A stretch of 64,000 nucleotides of DNA from Bacteroidota bacterium (GTDB lineage: Bacteria > Bacteroidota > Bacteroidia > Chitinophagales > Chitinophagaceae): assembly GCA_043781975.1 (NCBI GenBank), contig JAYWAZ010000165.1, positions 9,144 through 73,143 on the forward strand, written 5' to 3'. Shown piece by piece: positions 1 to 9,873 of this stretch (positions are counted from its first letter, which is position 1; the number at the start of each line of letters is the position of its first letter). Under the pieces are notes generated by a model. It was given only the letters and a program-made list of their open reading frames with translations. It was not told the origin of the DNA and did not search any database. The position numbers were made by a program, and so were the translations under genes.

Positions 1-2
1 CG

Positions 3-113
3 CCCACACTGATGAAGGAACTGTTGAAAAAAGACGGGGTAAAAGTGAAGAACGATACGGTTATTGATTTTAATGAACGCTTCTGGGACCCCGCCAGGGA
101 ACTGGCGCTATAG
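3..113 (+). CDS. 3' end of probable MGMT/ATL-family protein (truncated by window start)
   Basis: Manual translation PTLMKELLKKDGVKVKNDTVIDFNERFWDPARELAL* resembles the C-terminus of Bacteroidota MGMT-family proteins. Confidence 0.6.
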   Translation, partial: PTLMKELLKKDGVKVKNDTVIDFNERFWDPARELAL

Positions 114-162
114 AGGCACTGGTCAGCATCGTGCAGGATGGCGGGCGGTATAAACTCTTATC

Positions 163-873
163 ATGGACAATGCGCTAATAAAAGGAACGGTCTCTTTCGT
201 TAACCACGAAAAAAATTATATCCTCATCGAATATGAACAGAACGGAAAGAAAAAAACCGTTCGCGGAGACCTGTCAGAACAGGAATCAAAAAAAACGCGC
301 CTGTTCCATATCGGCGATACGGTGAATTGTAAAATTAAAATATCCGGCCGGGGCGACCGCATGATGGCCACTGATATTCAATTCCTGTATAACACTGCAC
401 TGGATGTGCTGATCAATAAAGCCCGTTCGGAAAATAATTTCATCGGATATTTAAAAGTGGTGGATGATAAATATTTTGTGAAAGAGCTCGACAGCTATCT
501 TTTTTTTCCGCTTCCCTTCTCGCCATGGCAAATAAAACCAACAGGAAAAGAACTTGATGATGCCGTCAGCTTTTCGCTGGAAAACACGGAAAAGAAAGAC
601 AAGATCACTGCGAAGCTGTATAATAACAACTATATCCCCGAATTTTACGCAGCGGTAAAAGCACATAAGGGTAAAACTCCCGTTATTGCTGAAGTGTACA
701 AGATCGGCCCCCATGGCGTTTATTTGAATGTCTTCGGCGAAAAGATCCGGTCTAAACTTCCGCTTGCAAAAACAGGGACTGCGGAATTAAAAGTTGGGGA
801 TAAGATAAAAGTGATGATCACGTATTTAACTACCTCGCGGATCATCGCAGAACCGGTAACCGATGATCAGTAA
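163..873 (+). CDS. Hypothetical protein with putative cold-shock/S1 OB-fold domains
   Basis: 236-aa ORF; N-terminal GTVSFVNHEKNYILI is CSD-like; C-terminal AEVYKIGPHGVYL...LKVGDKIKVMI is S1-like. Confidence 0.55.
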   Translation: MDNALIKGTVSFVNHEKNYILIEYEQNGKKKTVRGDLSEQESKKTRLFHIGDTVNCKIKISGRGDRMMATDIQFLYNTALDVLINKARSENNFIGYLKVVDDKYFVKELDSYLFFPLPFSPWQIKPTGKELDDAVSFSLENTEKKDKITAKLYNNNYIPEFYAAVKAHKGKTPVIAEVYKIGPHGVYLNVFGEKIRSKLPLAKTGTAELKVGDKIKVMITYLTTSRIIAEPVTDDQ

Positions 874-1448
874 TAAGGACGGATCAGCAGGTACACCATA
901 ACACCGGTAACCGCTACATACAACCAAACGGGCCAGGTGATTCTCACCAGTTTTTTGTGGGCCTCATATTCCCCTGTCAATGCACGGTAAGCCGTAAATA
1001 AGATAAAGGGAAGAATGACCGCTGCCAGCGGAATATGTGTTGCCAGGATAATATAGTATACCCCCCGTAAGCTTCCGGCCTGCAACTTTTCTTCATCGCT
1101 AAGTACACCATCATGGTTGATGTCGCCGAATTTTGTTTCCCCCGCCAGCAAATGATGGCTGATATAGGAAAGCAGGAACAGCACAGATAATACGATCGCG
1201 GCCAGCATTATCTTTTTATGCAACACGTATTTTTTTTGTTTGACCAGCAACAGTCCGGCCAGGAGCAGGATCGTTACAAGGGAATTGATGACCGCATTGA
1301 TCATGGCGAATACATGCACATTGAACCCGGGGTCAACATGCAGTTTGAATTTGCTGAGCAGCACCACGGCGGCAAATACCGCCAATGATACCGTGTAGAT
1401 CAGCAGCCTGGCTTTCTTATCGTTCTTTTTAAATGAGGCTTGCAGCAT
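867..1448 (-). CDS. DUF420 family membrane protein (oxidase-associated)
   Basis: Multiple TM segments, HKKIM, ILATHIPLA, HKKLVRITWPVWLYVAVTGV motifs; downstream of SCO. Confidence 0.85.
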   Translation of the reverse strand: MLQASFKKNDKKARLLIYTVSLAVFAAVVLLSKFKLHVDPGFNVHVFAMINAVINSLVTILLLAGLLLVKQKKYVLHKKIMLAAIVLSVLFLLSYISHHLLAGETKFGDINHDGVLSDEEKLQAGSLRGVYYIILATHIPLAAVILPFILFTAYRALTGEYEAHKKLVRITWPVWLYVAVTGVMVYLLIRPYY

Positions 1449-1451
1449 AAT

Positions 1452-2240
1452 TTATGATCCCTCTTTCTTTTTTTTCCTGCTGAAAATAATCACCATGATG
1501 AATACGATGCCAATGGCTACAAAAATGACCGGCAGCAGGGGGATAAAATCACGGAACAGCGATGGGGCTTTTTTATCCCTTTCCAGCATCAGCAGGGGAA
1601 TATCCCTGACCAGTGTTTCCTGTTTGGCGGTATCAAATCCATTGTACCATCCGCGAACGATGCGGTTGCTATCCAGCAAAAAAAAGTTTTCGGTATGAAT
1701 GAATGCGGTATCAATGGAAGAGTCGGCCACACTCGCTTTCAGTTCATGCAGCGCGAAATCATAGATATCTTTTTTATCGCCCGATACGAACCACCAGGTA
1801 TCATGATTGACATTGAAGCGGTCGGCGAATTTACGCAATTGCGGAACAGAATCGTGTTCGGGATCAATGCTTATGGAGATGAACTGAACGATGCTGTCGT
1901 TCTTCACGAAGGAATCCTGCAGTCTTTTCATTCGAAGGGCGAGTCCCGGGCAGATAGTAGGACATCTTGAAAAGAAGAAATCAATGACCAGCACTTTTCC
2001 ATGCAGGTCATCCAGTGTATGCTGCTTGCCGAGCTGGTTGGTAAACCGCAGGTTCTTTACCCTATGCCAGATGGTATCGGTTGTTGTCTTCCCGTTTTTT
2101 TCTTTTATGATCACAGTATCCGGCTCAAAATACCTGCGTGGCATCTGCACGGCCTCCTTACTATAATATTTCACCAGGAAATATCCTGTGAGGGGCAATA
2201 GTATTGCCAGCATCAGTGCCAGTATCGCTTTTTTACTCAT
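1452..2240 (-). CDS. SCO family copper chaperone
   Basis: DFFFSRCPTICP (CxxxC), SISIDPEHD, conserved His in FIHTENFFLLD. Confidence 0.93.
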   Translation of the reverse strand: MSKKAILALMLAILLPLTGYFLVKYYSKEAVQMPRRYFEPDTVIIKEKNGKTTTDTIWHRVKNLRFTNQLGKQHTLDDLHGKVLVIDFFFSRCPTICPGLALRMKRLQDSFVKNDSIVQFISISIDPEHDSVPQLRKFADRFNVNHDTWWFVSGDKKDIYDFALHELKASVADSSIDTAFIHTENFFLLDSNRIVRGWYNGFDTAKQETLVRDIPLLMLERDKKAPSLFRDFIPLLPVIFVAIGIVFIMVIIFSRKKKKEGS

Positions 2241-2259
2241 TCGTTTAAATGCCAGGGCA

Positions 2260-2267
2260 CAAATTTA
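2260..2267 (-). promoter_or_regulatory. Bacteroidota -7 promoter box for SCO-DUF420
   Basis: TAAATTTG on minus strand matches TAnnTTTG, about 20 nt upstream of the SCO start. Confidence 0.55.
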
Positions 2268-2292
2268 CGTCAATGCTGACCAAATAAATAAC

Positions 2293-2321
2293 AAAAACCA
2301 CCCCGGTTGTATCGGGATGGT
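2293..2321 (-). terminator. Rho-independent terminator after oxidase subunit IV
   Basis: Minus strand ACCATCCCGA-TACAA-CCGGGGTGGT followed by a T tract. Confidence 0.65.
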
Positions 2322-2347
2322 CTATATAAAATAAGGTAGCTGTTAAT

Positions 2348-2782
2348 TTATTCTTTTGTGCCTTTTTCGATAACCGCCGGCTGGTGTTCTTCGGTTTGAG
2401 CGGGCCGGCTTCCAGCATTGGTGTTCCTTAATAATTTCCAGCTGTTGCCATCCCACAGAAAGGCGGTGATGAACCAGATGAAAAGGCAGAGGGGCACAAC
2501 GATCGTCATGATCATATTCCTGATCTCATCACCCAGGTGCATGAAAATAGAAACGATATAATAGGCCTTGGCCAGGGTCAGTATGCATACCATCCCTTTA
2601 AATGCCAGTACCAGCGTTGCATTGGGATGCGCCCCTTTATGGATGGTATAGATTGACAGGCCAATACCCAATTCGATCATGGTGATAACGGATAATAACC
2701 AGAATGTTTTCCATATCCTTTTAGTGCCCGAGCCATGTTCCGGGGCAAAACTGATTTCTGCGGATGCTGCTGATGAACTCAT
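2348..2782 (-). CDS. Cytochrome c oxidase subunit IV family protein
   Basis: IWKTFWLLSVIT, LTLAKAYYIVSIFMHLGDE motif; last oxidase gene. Confidence 0.88.
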   Translation of the reverse strand: MSSSAASAEISFAPEHGSGTKRIWKTFWLLSVITMIELGIGLSIYTIHKGAHPNATLVLAFKGMVCILTLAKAYYIVSIFMHLGDEIRNMIMTIVVPLCLFIWFITAFLWDGNSWKLLRNTNAGSRPAQTEEHQPAVIEKGTKE

Positions 2783-2816
2783 AAAATGCGTTTATTAATA
2801 GTTGTTATTCAAATAA

Positions 2817-3554
2817 TTATATCAGGTAAAAACACAGGAACACGAATACCCAAACCAGGTCTACAAAGTGCCAGTACAATCCTGCTTTTTCGATCATTTC
2901 ATAATGGCCGCGCTGGTCAAAATGGCCCAGCCTTGTTTTGAGCAGCATCACCGAGTTGATGATCACCCCGCTGAATACGTGGAAACCGTGAAAGCCGGTG
3001 ATCCCGAAGAAGTAACCTCCAAAAGCAATGGGCCCAGGCGTTGCTACTTCTTCACCATTGAACATCACTTCGGGTCCCCAGGGATTTTTGCTTACCGTGG
3101 TACCCCAGTGTTCCAGGTGACCGTTGACCAATACTGCATGATCGCCGGTGATCAGGTGGGTCCATTCCCAGGCCTGGCAGCTCAGGAACGCAAGTCCGCC
3201 CAAAATGGTAAGGATCATGTATTTCTCCACGCCCTTCCGGTTCATCTTATGCCCCTCGTGTACGGCAAGCACCATAGTCACAGAACTGAAGATCAGTATA
3301 AAGGTCATCAGGCTCACAAAGGCGAGTGGCAGGTTGGCGTGGCCGGCGAGTGGAAAAGCGTTGAACACATGGTTGGGATCGGCCCAATGGTTCACGCTGA
3401 AACGGATGGTTCCATAGCTGATCAAAAATGCGCCGAAAGTGAACGCGTCACTCATTAAAAAGTACCACATCATCACTTTACCATAACTGGCGTTGAAAGG
3501 GCTTCTTCCGCCGTTCCACCATTTGGTATTTGTTGGTATCGCTGTTGTTGACAT
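2817..3554 (-). CDS. Cytochrome c oxidase subunit III (second of two subunit III-like genes)
   Basis: MWYFLMSD, ITGFHGFHV, GLYWHFVDLVW motifs. Confidence 0.93.
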   Translation of the reverse strand: MSTTAIPTNTKWWNGGRSPFNASYGKVMMWYFLMSDAFTFGAFLISYGTIRFSVNHWADPNHVFNAFPLAGHANLPLAFVSLMTFILIFSSVTMVLAVHEGHKMNRKGVEKYMILTILGGLAFLSCQAWEWTHLITGDHAVLVNGHLEHWGTTVSKNPWGPEVMFNGEEVATPGPIAFGGYFFGITGFHGFHVFSGVIINSVMLLKTRLGHFDQRGHYEMIEKAGLYWHFVDLVWVFVFLCFYLI

Positions 3555-3580
3555 TTATATAACTTTTATTTTCTTTTTTT

Positions 3581-3701
3581 GCTAAGAGATCAAAAGAGAA
3601 AATGAGCCCAAAAGAGCCAACTCCCTTATATTTTTGTATTGTTATTCTTTCAAAAAAAAATTGACCCGTCTTTTTCTCATTTTCTCTTTTGATCTCTTAG
3701 C
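3581..3701. repeat. Perfect 26-bp inverted repeat around an AT-rich spacer
   Basis: gctaagagatcaaaagagaaaatgag (3581-3606) and exact reverse complement (3676-3701); related arms at 51691-51835. Confidence 0.9.
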
Positions 3702-3715
3702 CATTAAATACTTAG

Positions 3716-4282
3716 CTATCGGATCATCAATAAAAAGATCAGCAGGTAGATCCAAAGTATACCCACAAAATGCCAGTAGGTACTTACCAGTTCCAATGGC
3801 ACGCTGTTATAGTTCCTGACTCTTTTACTGAAGGCCTTTACAAAGGTTGCCAGTAATGCAAGCACCCCTCCCGCAACGTGTAATCCATGTAATCCAACGA
3901 TCACATAGAGGAAGGAGTACGACACATTGGACTGCAATGTTACCCCTGTTGCCCACAGTTGCCGGAAACCAAAGCTCTGCAACACGATGAAAAGAACTCC
4001 CAGTATCAGCGTACCCGTTAACAGGTAACGATACTTTAGCATTTCTCTCCGCCTGAACGCATTACCGGCAAGGTAAATGCTAAGGCTGCTCAGAATGATC
4101 ACCGCGGTACTGTACCAGAACAGTTTCGGTAATTCAAATGTGATCCAGTTGGCCTGGTTACGCTTGACGATATACGCACTGGTAAGCCCAGCGAACATCA
4201 TCAATATACTGCCTATGCCTACCCACAGGGTGAACTTATGCGGGTGAATTTTTTTTCGTTGTTCTATTGCCACTGTACTCAT
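3716..4282 (-). CDS. Cytochrome c oxidase subunit III (first of two subunit III-like genes)
   Basis: MMFAGLTSAY, GLHGLHV, YWHFVGILW motifs. Confidence 0.92.
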   Translation of the reverse strand: MSTVAIEQRKKIHPHKFTLWVGIGSILMMFAGLTSAYIVKRNQANWITFELPKLFWYSTAVIILSSLSIYLAGNAFRRREMLKYRYLLTGTLILGVLFIVLQSFGFRQLWATGVTLQSNVSYSFLYVIVGLHGLHVAGGVLALLATFVKAFSKRVRNYNSVPLELVSTYWHFVGILWIYLLIFLLMIR

Positions 4283-4295
4283 AGAAATTTATTTA

Positions 4296-4486
4296 CCTCA
4301 CCTCCCTTCTCCCTCTCCTGAAGGCGAGGGAGCGGTACATTAAACAGATCCAAACATTTTATCTTCCACATCATCTTTATTTTTCTCATCATCAATACTG
4401 CAAGCAGTATTTTTTTGTGTAAAACACAATCTTCGCAACGATCTTCTACTTTTCCCTCTCCCCTTGGGGGAGAGGATAGGTGAGGG
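4296..4486. repeat. REP-doublet-like element, copy 1 (about 190 bp)
   Basis: Ends cctcacctcccttctccctctcctgaaggcgaggg and ccctctccccttgggggagaggataggtgaggg in inverted orientation; core shared with 5400-5610. Confidence 0.85.
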
Positions 4487-4488
4487 TC

Positions 4489-5397
4489 TTAAATTTTATT
4501 CGCGTATAAACTCAACAATACGATCATCAAATAAAAATAAGAGCCGAACATCACCCTCCTTGCACTGCCTACATCCATCTTCATGTATAGCCGCACACTC
4601 AGGTATACCATCGCCAGGTTACATCCCAGCAGTATCCACATGCTGACCACTCCGCTCATGTTGAAGTAGTAGGGCAGCACGCCAACCGGTATCATCAGGG
4701 CACTGTACATGATCGTTTGCAGCGCCGTGAATTTTGTAGGTCCCTTATCGCTGGGCAACAGTTTAAATCCTGCCGCGGTATAATCCCTGTGCGCCACCCA
4801 GGCGATCGCCCAAAAATGGGGGAACTGCCACAGGAACTGGATCGCAAATAAGATCAGTCCGCCCGTCCATACGATCGGCGTGTCATAAAACCCGGCTACC
4901 CACCCGATCAAACAAGGCAATGCCCCGGGAAAGGCCCCAACCAGTACGGCAACGGAATTCTTTGTCTTTAACGGCGTATAAATAAACCCGTATAAAAACA
5001 AACTGAATAATCCCAATAGCGCACTTTCGAGGTTAAACCAATACCACATAATGAATACACCGAGCGCACCTGCAATAACAGCAAAAGCAGTTGCTTCTCC
5101 AACACCCATCCTGCCGCTGGCCACGGGGCGTTTGGCAGTGCGCTTCATCAAGGCGTCGGATTTTTTTTCCAAAACCATATTAATGGCGTTGGCCGACCCG
5201 GTGATCAGCATCCCACCTGCAAAAAGTAAAAGAACTTGTATTAAATCAAACCTTATGCCTGGCGCCAGCAGGTAACTTACCACGGTGCTGAATACCACCA
5301 TGAAGCTCAAGGTGAATTTGATCAGCTGGAAGTAATCTTTCACTTTGCTCGTCAACTTAAAAGAAGTTGAGTTGCTTATTGGTGTATGCTCCTTCAT
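4489..5397 (-). CDS. cyoE: Protoheme IX farnesyltransferase (heme O synthase)
   Basis: DALMKRTAKRP, YTPLK, WQFPHFWAIAW, DYTAAG motifs. Confidence 0.95.
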   Translation of the reverse strand: MKEHTPISNSTSFKLTSKVKDYFQLIKFTLSFMVVFSTVVSYLLAPGIRFDLIQVLLLFAGGMLITGSANAINMVLEKKSDALMKRTAKRPVASGRMGVGEATAFAVIAGALGVFIMWYWFNLESALLGLFSLFLYGFIYTPLKTKNSVAVLVGAFPGALPCLIGWVAGFYDTPIVWTGGLILFAIQFLWQFPHFWAIAWVAHRDYTAAGFKLLPSDKGPTKFTALQTIMYSALMIPVGVLPYYFNMSGVVSMWILLGCNLAMVYLSVRLYMKMDVGSARRVMFGSYFYLMIVLLSLYANKI

Positions 5398-5399
5398 GG

Positions 5400-5610
5400 C
5401 CTCACCCTCCTTCTCCCTCTCCGATAGAGAGGAAGCGGTGCATCAAACATTTCTAAACATTTTATCTTCCACATCATCTGCAATTCTTCTTTCAACAAAA
5501 AGACAACCCATTTTTTAGTTTCTTACAAAACATAATCTTCGCTTCAATCTTCTCCTTTTCCCTTCCCTTCGGGGTTCCTGCAAAGGAACGAACGCAGTTC
5601 AAGGAGGGGC
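5400..5610. repeat. REP-doublet-like element, copy 2 (about 210 bp)
   Basis: Shares cctcacc..ttctccctctcc, aaacattttatcttccacatcatct and aatcttcgc..atcttct blocks with 4296-4486. Confidence 0.85.
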
Positions 5611-5611
5611 T

Positions 5612-7414
5612 TTAATGATGCGTTTCGTCTTCTCCCACCGGTACATTCTGCGGAATGAACTCGTGCCCGTCCTTCGCATAATCATAGGCACCGCGATGCA
5701 CCTCAGGTATCTCGCCCGGCCAGTTGCCATGCCCGGGGTGAATGGGCGCCGTCCATTCCAGGGTATTGGAACCCCATGGATTTTGTGTGGTCACCTTTCG
5801 TCCCTTGAACATACTGTAAAAGAAGTTGAATATGAATAAGAGTTGAACGGCGAAAACGATCATCGCCACGAAGCTGATGAATTCGTTCAGTCCACCAAAC
5901 ATTTTAAAGGATTCCCAGTTGGAGAAATCATAATACCGGCGTGGCATACCTGCCAGACCTTCGTAGTGCATTGGCCAGAAAATAAGGTACGCTCCGATGA
6001 TCGTTACCCAAAAATGGATATAGGCCAGGGTATTGTTGAGGTACCTGCCGAACATTTTAGGGAACCAATGGTACACCCCGGCGAACATGCCGAAGAAAGA
6101 CGCCACACCCATTACGATATGGAAGTGAGCCACCACGAAATAAGTATCATGCAGGTGAAGGTCTAGGGCTGAATTCCCCAGGAAGATCCCGGTTAACCCG
6201 CCGCTGATGAATAAGCTCACGAACCCGATGGCGAATAACATGGCGGGCGTGAACCGGATATTGCCCCGCCAGAGGGTGGTGAGCCAGTTAAATACTTTGA
6301 TCGCCGATGGCACCGCGATGAGCAGGGTCAGCAACACGAAGAAGGAACCGAGGAAAGGGTTGAGCCCGGTGACGAACATATGGTGCGCCCAAACCAGGAA
6401 GGCCAGGATAGCGATGGCAAACAGTGAGCCCACCATGGCCATATAGCCAAATATGGGTTTGCGGCTGTTGGTGGCGAGTATCTCGGATGACATACCCATT
6501 GCCGGTAGTAATATGATATATACTTCGGGGTGCCCCAGGAACCAGAATAAATGCTGGAACAGGATGGCGCTGCCTCCTTCATTGGGTAATATTTTTCCGG
6601 CGATAACGATATCACTTAAATAAAAACTGGTGCCGAGATTCCTGTCGAACAATAACAATATGGCGCCTGACAATAATACCGGGAACGATAAAACGCCCAA
6701 TACTGCTGTAAAGAACAAGGCCCAAATTGTTAACGGCAAACGGGTCATACTCATGCCCTTGGTGCGCATGTTGAGTATGGTGGTGATATAATTGAGGCCT
6801 CCCAGCAATGCCGATATGATGAACATGGCCATGCTCACGAGCCAGAGGTCCATGCCGATCTTGCTTCCGCTGGCCGCATCCCCCAAAGCGCTTAATGGTG
6901 GGTAGATCGTCCAGCCCCCGCTTGCCGGACCGGTTTGAACGAATAAAGAGCTGAACATAATAATGGAGGAAAGGAAAAAGAACCAGTAGCTCAGCATATT
7001 CAGGAAAGGAGAAGCCATATCCCTTGCGCCTACCTGCAATGGTATCAGGAAGTTGGCAAAAGTGCCGCTCAGTCCGGCTGTTAACACAAAGAATACGAGT
7101 ATGGTACCATGCATGGTAACCAATGCATAATAAAATTCAGGTTTCAGGCGTCCGCCCTTGGCCCAATGGCCTAAAAAGTCTTCCAGCCAGGGAAAGGTCG
7201 ATTCAGGGTATCCTAGCTGCAAGCGGAAGATCACGGAAAACAAACCGCCGATGACCGCCCATATCATACCTGTTACCAAAAACTGTTTGGCGATCATTTT
7301 GTGATCCTGGCTGAAAACGTATTTGGTGATAAACGTTTCGTGGTGATGATGCTCATGATGTGCATCATGAGCTCCATGAACACCTGCACTTTGTAATGTG
7401 GCTACGCTACTCAT
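5612..7414 (-). CDS. ctaD: Cytochrome c oxidase subunit I, type A1
   Basis: TMHG, WFLGHPEVY, WAHHMF, HDTYFVVAHFH, GMPRRY. Confidence 0.97.
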   Translation of the reverse strand: MSSVATLQSAGVHGAHDAHHEHHHHETFITKYVFSQDHKMIAKQFLVTGMIWAVIGGLFSVIFRLQLGYPESTFPWLEDFLGHWAKGGRLKPEFYYALVTMHGTILVFFVLTAGLSGTFANFLIPLQVGARDMASPFLNMLSYWFFFLSSIIMFSSLFVQTGPASGGWTIYPPLSALGDAASGSKIGMDLWLVSMAMFIISALLGGLNYITTILNMRTKGMSMTRLPLTIWALFFTAVLGVLSFPVLLSGAILLLFDRNLGTSFYLSDIVIAGKILPNEGGSAILFQHLFWFLGHPEVYIILLPAMGMSSEILATNSRKPIFGYMAMVGSLFAIAILAFLVWAHHMFVTGLNPFLGSFFVLLTLLIAVPSAIKVFNWLTTLWRGNIRFTPAMLFAIGFVSLFISGGLTGIFLGNSALDLHLHDTYFVVAHFHIVMGVASFFGMFAGVYHWFPKMFGRYLNNTLAYIHFWVTIIGAYLIFWPMHYEGLAGMPRRYYDFSNWESFKMFGGLNEFISFVAMIVFAVQLLFIFNFFYSMFKGRKVTTQNPWGSNTLEWTAPIHPGHGNWPGEIPEVHRGAYDYAKDGHEFIPQNVPVGEDETHH

Positions 7415-7456
7415 ATCTTTTTATTTTTCATCCCGATGGCTATCAGGATCTTTAAA

Positions 7457-8506
7457 TTATTTTTTTTGTTCCAATACGGCAACCACCGGTTTTGCAACAG
7501 CATTACTGTCGGCCACGGCCGGCGCCTTTTCAGGGTGCACCGTAAAATATTCCGGCTTTTGTTCTGCCAGCCATTTCTTATACTCCGCTTCGGTTTCAAC
7601 AATGATCACGCCCCGCATGGTGAAATGCCCGGCGCCGCACATCTGGTCACAGCTTATCTCATAGGTGTAATTGGGATTGCCCGTCTTAATCCTCATCTCT
7701 GCGGTGGTGAGCTTGGGTGTGAACCATTGCGTGGTGGGTATACCCGGTACCGCATCCATCTTCAACCTGAATTGCGAAAGTCCCACATCATGAATCACGT
7801 CCATTGAGTTAATGACCATTTTAACCGGTACGCCCACCGGAATGTGCATGGTGGTATTGACGTGGATGTCGTCCCTGCTGGCAGGGTCATCAAAATCAAC
7901 ACCCAATCCGTTGTTTCCCGTTGTAAGTTTATAATTTTTTCTTCCCAGCACATTGTCTGCCCCGGGGTAACGAAACTCCCATCCAAACTGGTGGCCTGTT
8001 ACTTCCACAATGATGGCGTTCTTAGGCGCGTCGTTGGTCATTTTAAACCAGTATTTTAATCCAAATACCACCAATACCGTTAAGAAGATAGCCGGTACCG
8101 TTGTCCACAGCAATTCTAGTTTGGTATTATGCGGAAAATAAAATGCTTTCCGGTTGTCGCTTTCCTGGTATTTATAGGCAAACCAGAATAGCAATACCTG
8201 GGTAATGATGAATACAACGCCTGTTACCCCGATGGTGATCCAGAGCATCAGGTCAATCTTTTCGCCTTCAACGGATGCGGAACCCTGAGGAAAAAGTGTC
8301 TTTCCATAATATAGTTCATTGCAGTACCAGGCCCCGATCAAACCAAAAACCAGGAAGCCCAGCAGGAAGAATGCGTTGATCCTGTTATTTTGTTTGCGCG
8401 TTTTGTCTTCGCCTTTTAATACGCTGACGTATTCACTGGCTTTCGCGATCTGGAAAATCACCACGAAAATCAAAACACCCAACGCTATCAGTAAGAACTC
8501 CTTCAT
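7457..8506 (-). CDS. ctaC: Cytochrome c oxidase subunit II
   Basis: DVIHDV...KMDAVPG and CuA motif CDQMCGAGHFTM. Confidence 0.95.
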   Translation of the reverse strand: MKEFLLIALGVLIFVVIFQIAKASEYVSVLKGEDKTRKQNNRINAFFLLGFLVFGLIGAWYCNELYYGKTLFPQGSASVEGEKIDLMLWITIGVTGVVFIITQVLLFWFAYKYQESDNRKAFYFPHNTKLELLWTTVPAIFLTVLVVFGLKYWFKMTNDAPKNAIIVEVTGHQFGWEFRYPGADNVLGRKNYKLTTGNNGLGVDFDDPASRDDIHVNTTMHIPVGVPVKMVINSMDVIHDVGLSQFRLKMDAVPGIPTTQWFTPKLTTAEMRIKTGNPNYTYEISCDQMCGAGHFTMRGVIIVETEAEYKKWLAEQKPEYFTVHPEKAPAVADSNAVAKPVVAVLEQKK

Positions 8507-8593
8507 GATTCAAAGTTATTTTCAGTAAATATTTATCTGTCTCTTTATATAATTACGATCCTTTTCTTTTTCATTAAGGTCTAAGTCCCCAAC

Positions 8594-9847
8594 CTATGTA
8601 TGGTGTATCATGCTTTCTTTAAGGAACGGATGATTTTTTTGCAACAGGGAATGTTTACCAAGGTACCTTCCTGCGCCCCACATGATCAACCCGATAAAGA
8701 AACAGGCGATGCCAAATTCAAAAGGCATTAATTCCGCTTTGTCATGTAGCGTGCCGGGCATCACCATCTGGTAAAAATCTATCCAGTGCCCGAATATGAT
8801 CAGTACGGCCATGATGGTCACCATGGTCCAGTTCCTTTTTGTGCCTCGTTTCATTAATATCAGCAATGGGCAAAGGAAGTTCACGATGAGGTTAAAAAAG
8901 AAAATGCCCTGGTACGGTCCGGCCTTTTCCGCGGTCCCGATCCTTTCTATGAAATATTTTGTTTCCTCGGGCTGGTTGCTGTACCAGATCAGCATGTATT
9001 GTGAGAACCAGAGGTAGGTCCAGAATACAGAGAAGGCGAACATGAACTTACCGAGGTCATGCAAATGTTCCTGGGTCACGTATTCCAGTTGACCGCGGTT
9101 CTTTAAATAGATCACGAAGAGGGCGATCAGTGAAATCCCTGAAACGAAAGTGCTGGCGAAAGTATACCAGCTGTACATGGTGCTGTACCAGTGCGGGTCA
9201 ATACTCATTAACCAGAGCCAGGGAATGGTAGAAGCCACGGTAAGTGTAAAGACCACCACAAACAGGGAAGCATATACGGTGTTTTTCCAGATCCATTTTT
9301 TTCCGGTCTCATAGTCCATTGGTCCGTCTTTATCACTCTTAAGACTTATGGAACGCATTTTTCTGCCAAGTAACCACCATAAAAAAATTGTAATGAATGA
9401 CCAGATGGTGAAGAATTCCGGGCTCAGGAATTTCTTTTTTCCATTTAGGATATGGTCTTTTGCCACTGCATTCTTGTCGAGCCAGCCGTAAATATCCGTC
9501 CGGTCGCCCCAAACGATCGCCATCAAGATGACAAAAGTGATAACACCCAATATAGGGACAACGCTGGAAATGGCTTCTGATGCCCTGCGAAAAGCTACCT
9601 GCCATGCGCCCATTGCCATGGTGGTGATGCAGATAAAGAACATACTGGCATTCACTAACAGTAACCAAAACACGCTGTTTTGCAAAAGCACGGCCCAGAA
9701 GCGTGTGCTGTTTACATTCCCCCCCTGGGCAGCGTGTGTAAACGGATGAAACGCTATTAGTCCATACAACAATGCTATTACACCGGCACCGATCAGGCCA
9801 TACGTCCACTTTTTATAACTGCCCGGTAATTCAAATTGATGGTTCAT
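8594..9847 (-). CDS. actF: Alternative complex III subunit ActF
   Basis: Multi-TM; WLMSIDPHWYSTM, HLHDLGKFMFAFS, WTYLWFSQYMLIWYSN. Confidence 0.92.
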   Translation of the reverse strand: MNHQFELPGSYKKWTYGLIGAGVIALLYGLIAFHPFTHAAQGGNVNSTRFWAVLLQNSVFWLLLVNASMFFICITTMAMGAWQVAFRRASEAISSVVPILGVITFVILMAIVWGDRTDIYGWLDKNAVAKDHILNGKKKFLSPEFFTIWSFITIFLWWLLGRKMRSISLKSDKDGPMDYETGKKWIWKNTVYASLFVVVFTLTVASTIPWLWLMSIDPHWYSTMYSWYTFASTFVSGISLIALFVIYLKNRGQLEYVTQEHLHDLGKFMFAFSVFWTYLWFSQYMLIWYSNQPEETKYFIERIGTAEKAGPYQGIFFFNLIVNFLCPLLILMKRGTKRNWTMVTIMAVLIIFGHWIDFYQMVMPGTLHDKAELMPFEFGIACFFIGLIMWGAGRYLGKHSLLQKNHPFLKESMIHHT

Positions 9848-9873
9848 CTAAACTTTATTTATTGTTAATGCTT

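Noticed and set aside
2868-3458. 196-aa antisense ORF
   Set aside because: Shadow of the subunit III gene with no recognisable motifs.
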